From: Octopus vulgaris
Lineage: Eukaryota
Assembly: GCA_951406725.2 (NCBI GenBank)
Contig: OX597839.1
Location: forward strand, 19,530,001-19,594,000
DNA: 64,000 bases
Direction of reading: 5' to 3'
Below, piece after piece: positions 27,179-41,820 of the stretch. Positions within the stretch are counted from its first letter, which is position 1. Each line of letters begins with the position of its first letter. The translations under genes were made by a program, and so were the position numbers. The notes under the pieces are model-generated. The model saw only the letters and a program-made list of their open reading frames with translations, made no database searches and was not told the origin of the DNA.

Positions 27179-27388
27179 CAACAACATTAATCTCTACTTT
27201 TTTTTTTTTTTGCAGCAACACCAATTTTGATACGTTCCAACCTCTAATAGTTTTCGATATTTAAATTTAACCCCAGAAACACACCTATTGTGTGAGTACA
27301 GAACTGGGAGATGCATACGAATACCTGTTTTAATTGACCCCAAAATATAACGTTATGACAGTAAGAACGAAAATAGGCATAATAACAA

Positions 27389-27618
27389 GCTAGACAACCT
27401 GATTTAGTAGTAGCTGACAAAGAGAATAGAAAGTGTCAGGTAATTTGGGACTTTAGAGTCCCAAATGATGAAAAAATGAATATGAGAGGTATTGAGGAAA
27501 TAGCGAAATATCGGGACCAGGGCATTGAGTTGAAGCGGCTATGGAAAGTTGAAATAAAATGTAAGCCTGTTGTTATAAATGTATTGTGAACTATCCCTAA
27601 AGACTTGAATAAATGGAA
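27389..27618 (+). mobile_element. Restriction-like endonuclease fragment of an R4/Dong-type non-LTR retrotransposon
   Basis: ARQPDLVVADKENRKCQVIWDFRVPNDEKMNMRGIEEIAKYRDQGIELKRLWKVEIKCKPVVINVL*TIPKDLNKW fits the RLE pattern PD..D..P..KY..L.RLW..PVVI. Confidence 0.8.
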
Positions 27619-27621
27619 TAA

Positions 27622-27930
27622 TAACAGGAGAACTCAAAGAACGTAAAACCTCCGCCAAGGCAACACTGACGTCCTCTCAACGATTGGCCGGAGATTATTT
27701 TTAAAATGAGAATATCTAAAATAAACTCGACTGATTTCACAAATGAGAATACTTAAAAAGAACCTGATTGCTCTCAAAAATTAAGTAAAAAAAAAAACGG
27801 AAAAATAATCCAGAATCTTTGCCCGGTACAGGATCGATCCCAAAATCTAATCAGTTCGTGCCAGTCACGAGGCCGAACATCCCTGAAAGTTTCATCCGAA
27901 TCCATCCTGCGGTTCTGGAGATATCTTGGA
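27622..27930. repeat. Interspersed repeat, probable non-autonomous DNA or rolling-circle element
   Basis: The motifs AACCTCCGCCAAGG and CCAAAATCTAATCAG..AAGTTTCATCCGAATCC resemble Helentron-associated elements from recall; this is not verified. Confidence 0.4.
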
Positions 27931-28843
27931 TAATTCACATTTGGGAACATGGTTTGGTTCGTCCAACATCCTTAAACAATCCTTATTCAGGGATCTTTTG
28001 AGCAGGATGGGCTACTCGACCAGATGAAAATTCTAACTGGGCCCCACCTGCAAGGTCATGCGCTGTTTATCTTGATATGAGATCACCATGTCCTGCACAT
28101 ATGGTTGTGATGCATGTGCCTGGTGTACCCTTATCAGACAGGTAGTCATGACAGGTATACTGGGTTTCATATATTTTACTCCAGTGCTACTTGTATGGAA
28201 TGCACTGCTCTCTCACTCAATAATAATAATCCTTCGGGCTGTAGGCACAATGTCTGAAATTGTAGAGGAAGGGGCTAGTTCATTTTATCGACCACAGTGT
28301 TTCACTGGTACTTAATTTATCGACCCCGAAAGGATGGAAAAGAAAGTCGACCTCTGTTGCCTTTGAACCCAGAACGTACGGACGAACGAAAACGCCGCTA
28401 AACATTTTCTCCGACGTCCTAACCATACTAATAATAAGAATAATTTGGAAGACAATAAAGAAAATAATAACATTAATCGTAAAAAAAAAAATTTATGATA
28501 AAAACAACAGCAGAAACAAACATAAAACAACGTTTATTAATAGTAATCTAATTGTGTATTTACAACATAACTTGTCTAAAGATGGAGTCAATACATTCAT
28601 GTACTTTATCACCTTGTCAGAACCACTTCAAAGGGGATGTCACTCTGCGGGAAGGCGACTAGGAGACTCGTCAGTGAAACGTAGTGTGCGATATCCTTAT
28701 TAATCAGTTCTGATAACCGACATTGAAATTAAAAGTTCCGAAATAACTGGCATGTCATAACCTACTTTACGAGGTTGTGTACGGGGGTCGGTGTTTGAAT
28801 GCGGGCTTTTGTTGAGCGTTTGTGTATACACGTATGTGTGTGC

Positions 28844-28881
<38 letters not shown>

Positions 28882-28890
28882 AAATGTACA

Positions 28891-28945
<55 letters not shown>

Positions 28946-29446
28946 GAATATATGTATGTATGTACGTATGTGTGTGTATATATGTATCTATATATATACA
29001 TATATACTCTTACTATTTACTCTTTTACTTATTTCAGTCATTTGACTGCGGCCATGCTGGAGCACCGCCTTTAGTCTATCGATTATTCTGTGTAAGCCCA
29101 GTACTTATCCTATCGGTCTCTTTTGCCGAACCGCTATGACGGGGACGTAAACACACCAGCATCGGTTGTCAAGCAACGCTAGGGGGACAAACACAGACAG
29201 ACAAACACACACACATACATATATATATATATACATATATACGACAGGCTTCTTTCAGTTTCCGTCTACCAAATCCACTCACAAGGCATTGGTCGGCCCG
29301 GGCATAGCAGAAGACACTTGCCCAAGGTGCCACGCAGTGGACTGAACCCGGAACCATGTGGTTGGTTATATCCTGCGCCTATATACATATATATATATAT
29401 ATGTCTATATATACATATATTTATATATCTACATACGTACATACAT

Positions 29447-29480
<34 letters not shown>

Positions 29481-30429
29481 TATGTCTACATATATATGTA
29501 TGTATATATTATATATATCTATATATATATAGTGTTATTTGCATATATATACATACATATATATATGATATTTGCATATATCTATACATATATATATATA
29601 TGTGTGTGTGTGTGTTCTTATAATATTCTATATGACTCGAGATGTTTGCCTTGTCTCAACGTCTGACGTCCTGGTTAACAATTATATATCCGCTGCATCG
29701 GAAATCTGCAAAAGCCCCATAACTACCGTCTCGGCTATAGCCTTGGAGCCCCAGTAATCCGTTACAGCACTTACCTAGCGTACCTAATCGTTTAGATCAC
29801 CTGTGAACTGAACCCACATACTATGTAAGTATATATTCATATATAGATTACAAGCAGCGTTAGTGAACTAAACGTTATCGACTACGCAAACGCAATGTAT
29901 GAGCTTGCTTGCTCGCCGTTGTTAGGCTGCAATTTAGCGCAGTGGGGCCGCCTCCCTTAAGCGATGGTTGTCAAAACATCTGAAACACATGGGCATTGCT
30001 TCAATTATGTATGCATGTACGTATGTGTGAGTATATGTATACACACACACACATACACACATCTATATATACGACGGACGTTCAGTTTCCATTAGCCAAA
30101 TCAAACACATACCTTTGGTCGGCCTCAGGCCAAGGTAGAAGTAAGTTACCTAAGGTGTCACGCGAAGGGACTGAACCCAGAACCATGTGATTGGGAATCA
30201 AGCTTCTTACCATACAATCATTCCTGCGCCTATGTTTGTATATATATATATATGTGTGTGTGTGAGAGAGAGAGCATGTGTTTGTGTGTTTGTATATATA
30301 TATATATATATATATCTGTGTGCGTGTGCGTATACGCATCTGTCTCAATATGTATATAAGCATGAATACATATATGCACACACACGCACACACATACACA
30401 CACACACATACATACATACATACATACAT

Positions 30430-30490
<61 letters not shown>

Positions 30491-30891
30491 TACGTGCATA
30501 TACGATCACATATGTATATACATGCGTTTATGAATTTGGCCTTATATGTATACACACAGATACACAGGGTCACACACATACACACATATAAATTTCTAGT
30601 AATAGTTTCTAGACATGTTTTTATAAGTCTTAGGGTAAAAGACATGAATACAAAATTAAATAAATTTACAGCGAATATAGAAAACGAAAACAGCTATGAA
30701 CGCAACAATAGAATTTAAAATTTTGAGATTGTTAAAAAACCGGACCGGAATACACGTTTCTTTCCTGCTATTTCAGGATAATTTAAAATCTTTTTATTTC
30801 TTGATCTTCTTTAACCCATTACTTTAATTGTTTTTTATAGCTTGCATTTATTGACGCACAACGTGCTAAAACATTACATGAGAAAACAAAG

Positions 30892-31190
<299 letters not shown>

Positions 31191-31438
31191 TAAACAAATT
31201 ATAAATGCATATATATATATGTACGGATGTAGAAGGGGTTATGCGTGTTGTTCTGTGCGCATGTGCGTTGTGTGTTTTACATGTGCACATAGGTACACAT
31301 GTATATACATACATTGTTAAGTACACTTAAAATGCATGTTCATAAATGTGAAATGTGCAAATGCCTACATATATATATACTCATATCTATGTATAAACAC
31401 ACAAACGCACGTATAGACACACACAGACGTATATGTAG

Positions 31439-31471
<33 letters not shown>

Positions 31472-31736
31472 CTCATATATATAGAGACACACACACACAC
31501 ACATATATATATACATACATATATGTGTGTGTGAGTATATGCAACTATCTATATGTACGCACACTTTCATATAAGTTCGTATATGGGTATATATATATAA
31601 ATAATGAATTCATATATGTATATGTGTATTCATATATATATATATATGTATCTATCTATCTATCTATCTATTTATCTATCTGTATATATATGTATGTATC
31701 TATATATCTATCTATATATATATATATATATATATA

Positions 31737-31793
<57 letters not shown>

Positions 31794-31927
31794 GAGCACG
31801 TGTGTGTGCGTGTGTGTATGTGTGTGTTTGAATTGTTTTCGTATTCAGTTTCCATGGGAATATGCAATTTATGTGTGACTGTAAAATTCATATTTATACG
31901 TTTCCCTTTACACGTTTTGTGTCAGTT

Positions 31928-31932
31928 ATCAC

Positions 31933-31967
<35 letters not shown>

Positions 31968-32023
31968 CCATCATCATTATCATCATCACCATCATCACCA
32001 TCATCACCATTATCACCATCATC

Positions 32024-32055
<32 letters not shown>

Positions 32056-32075
32056 TATCACCATCATCCTCCTCC

Positions 32076-32172
<97 letters not shown>

Positions 32173-32250
32173 TATTGACATTGTCACGGGTGTTTTTGCT
32201 GCTCTGTTCTTCTTGTTATCATCATCATCATCATCGTCATCATCATCATT
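31928..32250. repeat. (CAT)n microsatellite
   Basis: Visible directly; it explains the poly-S/I/M ORFs. Confidence 0.95.
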
Positions 32251-32374
32251 ATCCTTTTTCTTCCCTCCTTTACGTATTTATTCCGTGTCTGCTTGAATGG
32301 ACTTTTAAAAGTTGGTCACAAATCAACGAAAGGAGGGGAATAAAAAATCTTACATACATACATTCGTACTTTAA

Positions 32375-32425
<51 letters not shown>

Positions 32426-32758
32426 TATACACACAGACGCACGCACAAACAAAAACACACATATCCGCGTGTATATGTAGGCACAAATTGCTACATATAA
32501 GTAAATGGGAGTTTGTGCATATTCCTGTATGGTGTGTGTGTGCCACACACACACGTTCCGTGTTTAATTTGAGGTTTGGTTTCGATTCACACGCGTACAA
32601 ATACCCAATTTTCCCCGTCGAGGGCTTCTATGCCTTAATATTAGAATAATTTTTCATAACCAATATAGAGTGAACGTTTATAAACATAAGCATGTCATAT
32701 AATATAATATAATATAATATATATATATGTGTGTGTGTGTTACATGTGTGTGTGTGTA

Positions 32759-32818
<60 letters not shown>

Positions 32819-33119
32819 TGTGTGTGTAAATATAGTTGTCAGTAGGCAAGCGAGACAGTTGCGAAACTGAGAGTATACTAGATGAAGACAAGTTCAAATA
32901 TTTTGGGCAGAGATCTTTGAACCTGCGATGTCTTTTCACTGCAATTTGTCAGGGAATTTCATTGAAGACAAAAAATAAAAAAAGGTTTTTCAAAACACTG
33001 CAGCCAACAATAAGATCCTGATCACCACCAGCATCATCGCCATCGTTTATAACTATTACATGCTATACATTAGTTAACAAAAATGACCTCTTGTAGATTG
33101 GTGTCAACAATTCATCTCA

Positions 33120-33577
33120 AACCGCAGAGAATCCCCCTCATTTCTGCTCGTGATCAGGGATGCACGTATCGTGAACCTATTTCTTTATTACCCACAAGGG
33201 GCTAAACATAGAGGGGACAAACAAGGACAGACATAGGTATTAAGTCGATTATATCGACCCCAGTGCGTAACTGGTACTTAATTTATCGACCCCCGAAAGG
33301 ATGAAAGGCAAAGTCGACCTCGGCGGAATTTGAACTCACAACGTAACGACAGACAAAATACCGCTAAGCATTTCGCCCGGTGTGCTAACGTTTCTGCCAG
33401 CTCTCCGCCTCGACTGGTTAAGGTCAAACAACTGACAAGCAAATCTGTGGTACTGAGTAGAATATTTGCTGTAGCCCATCTTTTATACCAAGACAAAACA
33501 ATGTACATGATGAAACTTCCAATCAGTTAAGATCAGAAGCCATGAGAGCCCATGCTTGGTACTGCATCAGGGCATTA

Positions 33578-33650
<73 letters not shown>

Positions 33651-33930
33651 TATTATCAATATTATTATTATTATCATTATTATTATTATCATTATTATTA
33701 TCATTATCATTATCATTATTATTATCATTATTATTACTTTTTTTTTCTTCTTTCAAATTTGCTTCCATTTCTTGCCGAGTGTCTTCCCGACTCCTAGGGC
33801 AAAGAAACTCATAGTATACATTGGTAGGCCATTAAACCAAACTCAGTAGTTCGTTCATTTTATTATTATTATTATTATTATTATTATCATTATTGTTATT
33901 ATTATCATTATTATATCATTATTATTATTA

Positions 33931-33985
<55 letters not shown>

Positions 33986-33990
33986 GAGTA
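33120..33990. repeat. Retroposon 3'-end-like sequences with (ATT)n tails, with SINE A (33176-33410, minus) inserted
   Basis: Non-microsatellite blocks end directly in (ATT)n at 33575 and flank it again at 33740-33850. Confidence 0.55.
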
Positions 33991-34107
33991 GTAAAAGTGC
34001 TAGGCCTCACATTTTTATAAAAATTATATCAAGATTGGAATATGTTAGAATTTTCTAGACGGGGCACAATTCGGTGATTAATTTCTTTTAATAAAAGTTA
34101 CACACTC

Positions 34108-34700
34108 TTTTACTCTTTTACTTGTTTCAGTCATTTGACTGTGGCCCATGCTGGAGCAACGCCTTTAGTCGAGCAAATCGACCCCAGGACTTATTCTTTG
34201 TAAGCCTAGTACTTATTCTATCGGTCTCTTGTGCCGAACCGCTAAGTTACAGGGACGTAAACACACCAGCATCGGTTGTAAAGCGATGTTGGGGGAGGGA
34301 CAAACACAGACGCACTAACATATACACACACATACATACATACATACATACATACATACATACATACATACACGCACATATATACACATACATACATACA
34401 TACATACATACATACATACACGCACATATATATATATATATGGATTTGGTAGACGGAAACTGAAAGAAGCCCGTCGTATATGTTTGTGTACATATATATA
34501 TATACACACGTATATATATATACATATATATACACACAAACATATACGACGGGCTTCTTTCAGTTTCCGTCTACCAAATCCACTCACAAGGCTTTGGTAG
34601 GCCCGAGGCTATAGTTGAAGACACTTGCCCAAGGTGCCACGCAGTGGGACTGAACTCGGAACCATGTGGTTCGTAAGCAAGCTACTTACCCCACAGACAC
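34108..34700 (-). mobile_element. SINE family B with an internal foldback duplication
   Basis: Perfect 49-bp inverted repeat at 34441-34489 and 34534-34582. Confidence 0.9.
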
Positions 34701-35241
34701 GTCTACGCTCCAAACTAATTAATAAGCGGCCTTTTCTTTATTATAGTGCACAATGTTATTATCAACAATTAACGTGACAATGCCAGGTCGTATTTCGTTA
34801 TACGATTTTAAATCCTGAATTCAATTCCCTCTGGTTTATAATTCGCGTTTCTAGTTTAACAATGTCGACAAGATAAAGTTTATGTCAATTAATATAATCG
34901 ATGGAATCGATTTCATTTTACTCTGCAATCACCGAAATCAATTAACTAAGTAAATTATTCAATAATTAAACAAGCTTGTATCGTTAAGAGGCTAATATAT
35001 TTGATTATTTTTTTTAACTTTCTGTAGTTTATTATTTTCTATAATATTAAACATGGCGATTATCTAATGAATTTAGTCATTAATTTATGAAGTAGTTACG
35101 ATGGCCTTATGGAAAAGGCTATGATAATCCTCTGTTATAAAAATACTTAAATTTTGGTAATTGTGATAAAATATTTACAACAGAATATCAAAGCTGTTAA
35201 AGGAAAGACAAAATTATTATTATTATTATTAATAATAATAA

Positions 35242-35316
<75 letters not shown>

Positions 35317-35799
35317 TAATAATAATAATAACACCAACAACAAATATATACAAAAGAAATGGTAAAATTAATAAATGAATATATAAATATATTTTGGTGA
35401 AGATAATCAATGTTGCTTACAATGCAATATATAGCACCCAATTAATAAGCAATTAAGAAATTAACGCTAAGTGTTTGGTGATTTATAGATCAAAGTTCAA
35501 AACCTTAGCGCCGCCTAAGTGGTCGAACGGCTGCACAAATGGACGAAAGCATATAGAGTACTTCTGTTAATTGTCGTATGAAGGCAACCAGTGTTTACAT
35601 GGAAATATAGATTCTGTGTATACAATGGATGTAAGTGATGTAGGAAAGCAAAAGTTTTAGCATGTGATACGCTGGTGAATTCGGGGCTGAGGAATCTGTA
35701 GGAATATGCTAACTATTGCAATTGTAACGACTGCGACGGCGAAAACGATGGAAAAATTTAAGGGTTACCTTCGTGTGACATATTCTTTTGCAACTGGTG

Positions 35800-36375
35800 T
35801 TGCTGTTGCTGTTGAGCGAAGCGGCCTTCGTCCCAGACCTCACAAGATCGCGCCTTTGTAGTGAGAGAAGTCCGAAACGTGGTCCTTTTGCTATTCGTAA
35901 GACCCGCAGAAGAGAAAGTAAGTCAACCCCCGACACCGAGAGCATCGACGGATGGATGAATGCGCATTCAGGCTTAGCGGTTGCGCAGGAAGTCGGGGAC
36001 AAGAAACAGGAAGAAAGAGAGAGAAAGTCGGTGCGAAAGAGTACAACAGGGGTCGCCACCACCTCTGCCGGAGCCTCGTGGAGCTTTAGGTGTTTTCGTA
36101 GTCCTTTGCTATTCGTAAGACCCACAGAAGAGAAAGCAGGTCAACCCCTGACACCCATCGACGGATGGATGAATGCACATCCAGGCTCAGCGGTTGCGAA
36201 GGAAGTCGGGGACAAGAAACAGAAAGAGTGAGAGAAAGTTGGAGCGAAAGAGTACAACAGGGGCCGCCACCAGCCTCTGCTGGAGCCTCGCGGAGCTTTA
36301 GGTGTTTTCGCTCAATAAACACACACAACGCCCAGTCTGGGAATCGAAACCACGATCCTCCGACCGCGAGTCCGT
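35800..36375 (-). mobile_element. SINE family C with a fourth tail type; body and tail tandemly duplicated
   Basis: GTCCTTT(T)GCTATTCGTAAGACCC...GGAGCTTTAGGTGTTTTCG occurs twice (about 35882 and 36101). Confidence 0.8.
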
Positions 36376-38079
36376 GCAGCTGGTGTCTTTGGACAGGCTA
36401 TAATCAGCAGTCAATCTTAGATAGAGGTTTGGTTTTTGGTATCTAGAATGTTTCTCGGCTTTCACAAGAATCAACCAGCTGTACAACGTCAGGGAGAAGA
36501 TACAAGTGCCGCTTGCTGTGGCGGGTTATTTGAGGGCATGCGTTACAACGGTCTGGGAACAGGACAGGGCATCAATGGGATCAATCTAAGCTATCTCTTC
36601 CAGAGAACATTGTACCCTACATTTCTTTGCTTGTTTCAGTCATTAAAATGGGGTCACGCTGGGACCATCCTGGGGCACCGCCTTAAAGAAATTTTAGTCG
36701 AGTGAATCGACCCTAGTACCTATATTTTATTAAATCTGGTATTTATTCTATCGGTCTCTTTTGCCGAACCGCTAAGTTACGGGTACGTAAATACATCAAC
36801 ACAGGTCAAGCGGTGGTACGTAAACACACACGACGGGCTCCTTTCACTTCCCGTCTACCATGTCCACTTAGAAAGCTTTGGTCGCCTCGAGGCTATGGAA
36901 GAAGACACTTGCCCAAGATGCCACACAGTGGGACTGAACGCGGAACCTCGGGGTTGAGAAGCAAACATTTTACCACACAACCACAACAGAAGTCTCTGAC
37001 ATAGCAGTGTCACAAGGAGGCATTTCTTGTTTGAGAAGTGTTCATCAGACTCAGAAGTGCGATGACCGGACCTGCCTGAGATACCCACTGAAATTTAGCG
37101 CTACGATTCTCTAAATCCTGGTTTGCAATACAGGTGTCTATTCCTCGACCCAACCATTTTATATAATCCATGTTTCCTTATCATGGTTTCAAATTTTGGC
37201 AGAAGGAAAGCAATTTCGGAAAGGGGCTAAGCCGAATACATCGACCCCCTGTGTTCATATGGTACTTAAAGGATGAAAGGCTAAGTCGATCTCGGTGGAA
37301 TTTGAACCCAAGACGTAAAGAGAAACGAAATGCCGCAAAGCAATTTGCCCGGCGTGCTAACGACTCTGCCAGCTCGGCGCCTTAAATATTTCAAAAATTG
37401 GTTTTTCAAAAATTTGGCACGAGGTCAAATTTCAAAAGTGGGATTAGACGATTACACTGACCCCAGTGATCAACCTGTATTTATTTTATCGACTCCGAAA
37501 GGATGAAAGTCAAAGGTTGACTTCGGCGGAATTTGAACTCAGAACGCATAGACTGATAAAATGCCAATAAACATTTTGCCAGGCGTGCTAACGATTCTGC
37601 CAGCTCACCACCTTCATATTTTCTTATATTAGCACAAGAACATTTTCTCTACGTCTGTGACATTTCACACCATAGTAATTGTTAATCTCTTGATTATGAC
37701 CGTGGGCATTAATTTCTAATTAAGAACATCATTATGCTATCAAGCATTTCTGATATCTATCTCCTGAACGTCACCTTAAACAAATTCCTTTCATCATTTC
37801 AAATATGGGTTCAGTTTCAGACCAAGTTGAATAAATCGACAGAAACTAAACAGATAGAAATCTAACGATTGTACCAAGCTTTCTGTTGATCGTAATGGAC
37901 ATTTGCTTTGAGGTGGTTAAGTTTTATGTAGTTATATTAAGTTCAATAATTGCTTCTAGTAATTGCTGTATTTGAACTATAATTCATGGCTATACCTTCA
38001 ACGTATAGGGCTGTCAATTATGTATGTGTTTCCTGGTACGCGTATAGTAATGTTTATTTATGAGGAGTTTAATTATATA

Positions 38080-38205
38080 TAAGCATAGACGTCAAATCGT
38101 CATTACCACGAAGAATGTGTTCTCAAGAAAATCTCGGCAAAAAACCAAAATAATAAACGACTTAAAAAACGATTAATGGTAATGGCGATTTGACGTCTAT
38201 GTTTA
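38080..38205. mobile_element. 126-bp MITE-like hairpin
   Basis: TAAGCATAGACGTCAAATCGTCATTACCA and TGGTAATGGCGATTTGACGTCTATGTTTA: 29-bp arms, 2 mismatches, TA ends. Confidence 0.7.
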
Positions 38206-38241
38206 GCATATAGGCTGTCCACTTTAGTGGTCAGTCCTCTA

Positions 38242-38286
<45 letters not shown>

Positions 38287-38341
38287 TTATGAGAGGTAAT
38301 GGTGTTATTAAGACCAAAGATGTCAGGTAATGCTGAATAAG

Positions 38342-38735
38342 TGCAGTGGCTGTGTGGTAAGTAGCTTGCTTACCAACCACATGGTTCCGGGTTCAGTCCC
38401 ACCGCGTGGCATCTTGGGCAAGTGTCTTCTGCTATAGCCCCGGGCCGACCAATGCCTTGTGAGTGGATTTGGTAGACGGAAACTGAAAGAAGCCTGTCGT
38501 ATATATGTATATATATGCATGTGTTTGTGTGTCTGTGTTTGTCCCCCAAGCATTGCTTGACAACCGATGCCGGTGTGTTTACGTTCCCGTCGCTTAGCGG
38601 TTCGGCAAAAGAGACCGATAGAATAAGTACTGGGCTTACAAAGAATAAGTCCCGGGGTCGATTTGCTCGACTAAAGGCGGTGCTCCAGCATGGCCGCAGT
38701 CAAATGACTGAAACAAGTAAAAGAGAAAAAGAGAA
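38342..38735 (+). mobile_element. SINE family B flanked by ~60-bp direct repeats
   Basis: TATAGGTTATGAGAGGTAATGGTG...GTCAGGTAATG(C/G)TGAATAAG at 38281-38341 and 38738-38799. Confidence 0.9.
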
Positions 38736-38886
38736 TATATAGGTTATGAGAGGTAATGGTGTCATTGAGACCCAAAGGTGTCAGGTAATGGTGAATAAGG
38801 GCTTTAGATGGACCGCAGTTAACTTCCAGGTTCGGTGATTATGCGAAAAAGGGGTTCAACGTTGGTCATATGTCAACGTGTGTATA

Positions 38887-39127
38887 TAAAAATTTTATTT
38901 CGTAATGAGATAAAACAACAAACAAACAAGGTTGAATAGATTTTAGAACATTTATAGATAGAAGGTCTTATCTAAAATAACTATTGCTTAACCATTTTCT
39001 CACACTGTCTCCGATGAAGAGATATAATAAATATCCTAGAAACAGGTGTAAGACCTTCTATCTATAAATGTTCTAAAATCTACACAGCCTTAGGTTTTTT
39101 TTATCTCATTACGAAATAAAATTTTTA
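38887..39127. repeat. Foldback element, ~80-bp arms, with a hammerhead motif in the loop
   Basis: Arms 38887-38970 and 39049-39127 are reverse complements, with a divergent middle segment. Confidence 0.9.
39007..39054 (+). ncRNA. Minimal type I hammerhead motif (U4C core variant)
   Basis: GUCU-CCGAUGA-AGAGAUAU-AAUAA-AUAUCCUA-GAAA-CAGGUG-UA-AGAC. Stem III is one change from the palindrome CAGCUG. Confidence 0.65.
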
Positions 39128-39279
39128 CATATAAACATATACATACATGTGATCTCTTGAGCACCACCAGCAAAAATATTTTTTCCTCTGTCTTCCCTTC
39201 TTGGGATCTTTCCTTCTCCTTGTTTCCGACGAGGCTCCGCTATATATTATACCTCTATATATATAATATATATTGTTCC

Positions 39280-39317
<38 letters not shown>

Positions 39318-39478
39318 CACACACACACACATATATGTGTATGTATATATAGATATATAAAACAGGAAAACAAGATAGAAAAGTTTCACAGGCAACAAGC
39401 ACATCAAGCAGATACTTCCATCATCAGCTGCCTACCGGATATCATGCTGGTTTCGACATCTGGACAGCAACAAACAGA

Positions 39479-39488
39479 CACACACACA

Positions 39489-39581
<93 letters not shown>

Positions 39582-39586
39582 GCACG

Positions 39587-39655
<69 letters not shown>

Positions 39656-39760
39656 GCACGCACGCACACACACACACACACACACACACGCACGCACGCA
39701 CACACGCACGCACACACACACACACACACACACGCACGCACACACACACACACACACACA
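39479..39760. repeat. (CA)n/(CG)n microsatellite
   Basis: Visible directly. Confidence 0.95.
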
Positions 39761-39821
39761 ACTTATATATCTATAGTTATCTGTCTATCTATTTATTTAT
39801 TTAAAGCAGCAGAAAATTCAA

Positions 39822-39871
39822 CAAAATCTGTTACTCTGAGTTTCTCGTTGCCGTTCATCAGACAGTTTTTG
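39822..39871 (-). ncRNA. Type I hammerhead ribozyme motif with a canonical core
   Basis: Minus strand: CAAAAACUGU-CUGAUGA-ACG-GCAA-CGA-GAAA-CUCAGAG-UA/ACAGAUUUUG. It has a 9/10-bp stem I, GNRA-capped stem II, palindromic stem III and a GUA cleavage triplet. Confidence 0.8.
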
Positions 39872-40320
39872 CTGGCTGCTTTAAATAAAGCATATTACTC
39901 TACCACTGGTATTTGAGTACTCTTTTTTCCACCTTGTTTCACATTTATGTGTTTACTCCGGTATTTATTTATTTATACAGGTATATACTGTACCCACGCA
40001 GACACACACACACATAGATACATTCATGCAGTCATATATCCACATGTTCGAGGAATTTATACTTGCATAATTTCAACATTTATATCAACTCTAGTGGAAT
40101 AAAGAAAAAAATAAAACAATATCAAAAATTCACAAAAAACAAAAACAAAAACAACTTCACTTGTTTCCGAGAAACGAGCACCATGCCTTCCACTCCACCA
40201 CCAGCAACAAGAACAACGACGGCGGCGAATATTATGACCATTATCACCAGAACAACAATCACCACAACCACCATTATGAATACCATTTCTTAAAGATGTC
40301 ATTAACAAAGAAAAGACGTA

Positions 40321-40367
<47 letters not shown>

Positions 40368-40375
40368 GTATACAT

Positions 40376-40406
<31 letters not shown>

Positions 40407-40476
40407 TATATATATGTAGATATATACATATATATACGCGCACATATATATATATATGTATATATTCATATATATA

Positions 40477-40524
<48 letters not shown>

Positions 40525-40567
40525 ATATACATGTATATGTATAGTCACATATATATACACACATCCT

Positions 40568-40653
<86 letters not shown>

Positions 40654-40721
40654 TAGAGAGAGAGAGTGAGAGAGAGATTCATATATATATATATATGTAG
40701 AGACACACAGACACAAACATA

Positions 40722-40799
<78 letters not shown>

Positions 40800-41119
40800 C
40801 ACGGTGTGCTTATCGAAAATAAAAACATTGCGCTGATGTGATCAGTTGCAAATTCCGTTGTATCAATCACTGCCAGACTGTGTAACGCATTTCGTATTCT
40901 ACGGAATTATGTTGGGAATGGATGGATATGGTGCAGGGTGCCACAGGGTATGGGAAATAGCATGGAGGGGTGGATAGATGTAAGGTAGATAACTCTGCAG
41001 TATCTAGCTGCCATGGGTAGGTGAATGGCGGTGTCCTGCTTATCGTTTAAATGTTTTGATATGCTGTCTGTTATATATACATATATGCACACATTACCGT
41101 CACACACATGCGTGTACAA

Positions 41120-41215
<96 letters not shown>

Positions 41216-41279
41216 CTATGTACATATATGTATATATGTAATTATATATTATATATGTGTATGTATGTATATCTATATC

Positions 41280-41312
<33 letters not shown>

Positions 41313-41315
41313 GTA

Positions 41316-41385
<70 letters not shown>

Positions 41386-41454
41386 AACATAGATGCAGTT
41401 TGCATTGTTCAGTTTATTGGAATAGTTGTATGTCCGTTTTCTTTTACTGTTGTT

Positions 41455-41820
<366 letters not shown>

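Noticed and set aside
36462-36482. TCAACCAGCTGT matching the 3' part of miR-133
   Set aside because: The seed region is absent and there is no hairpin.
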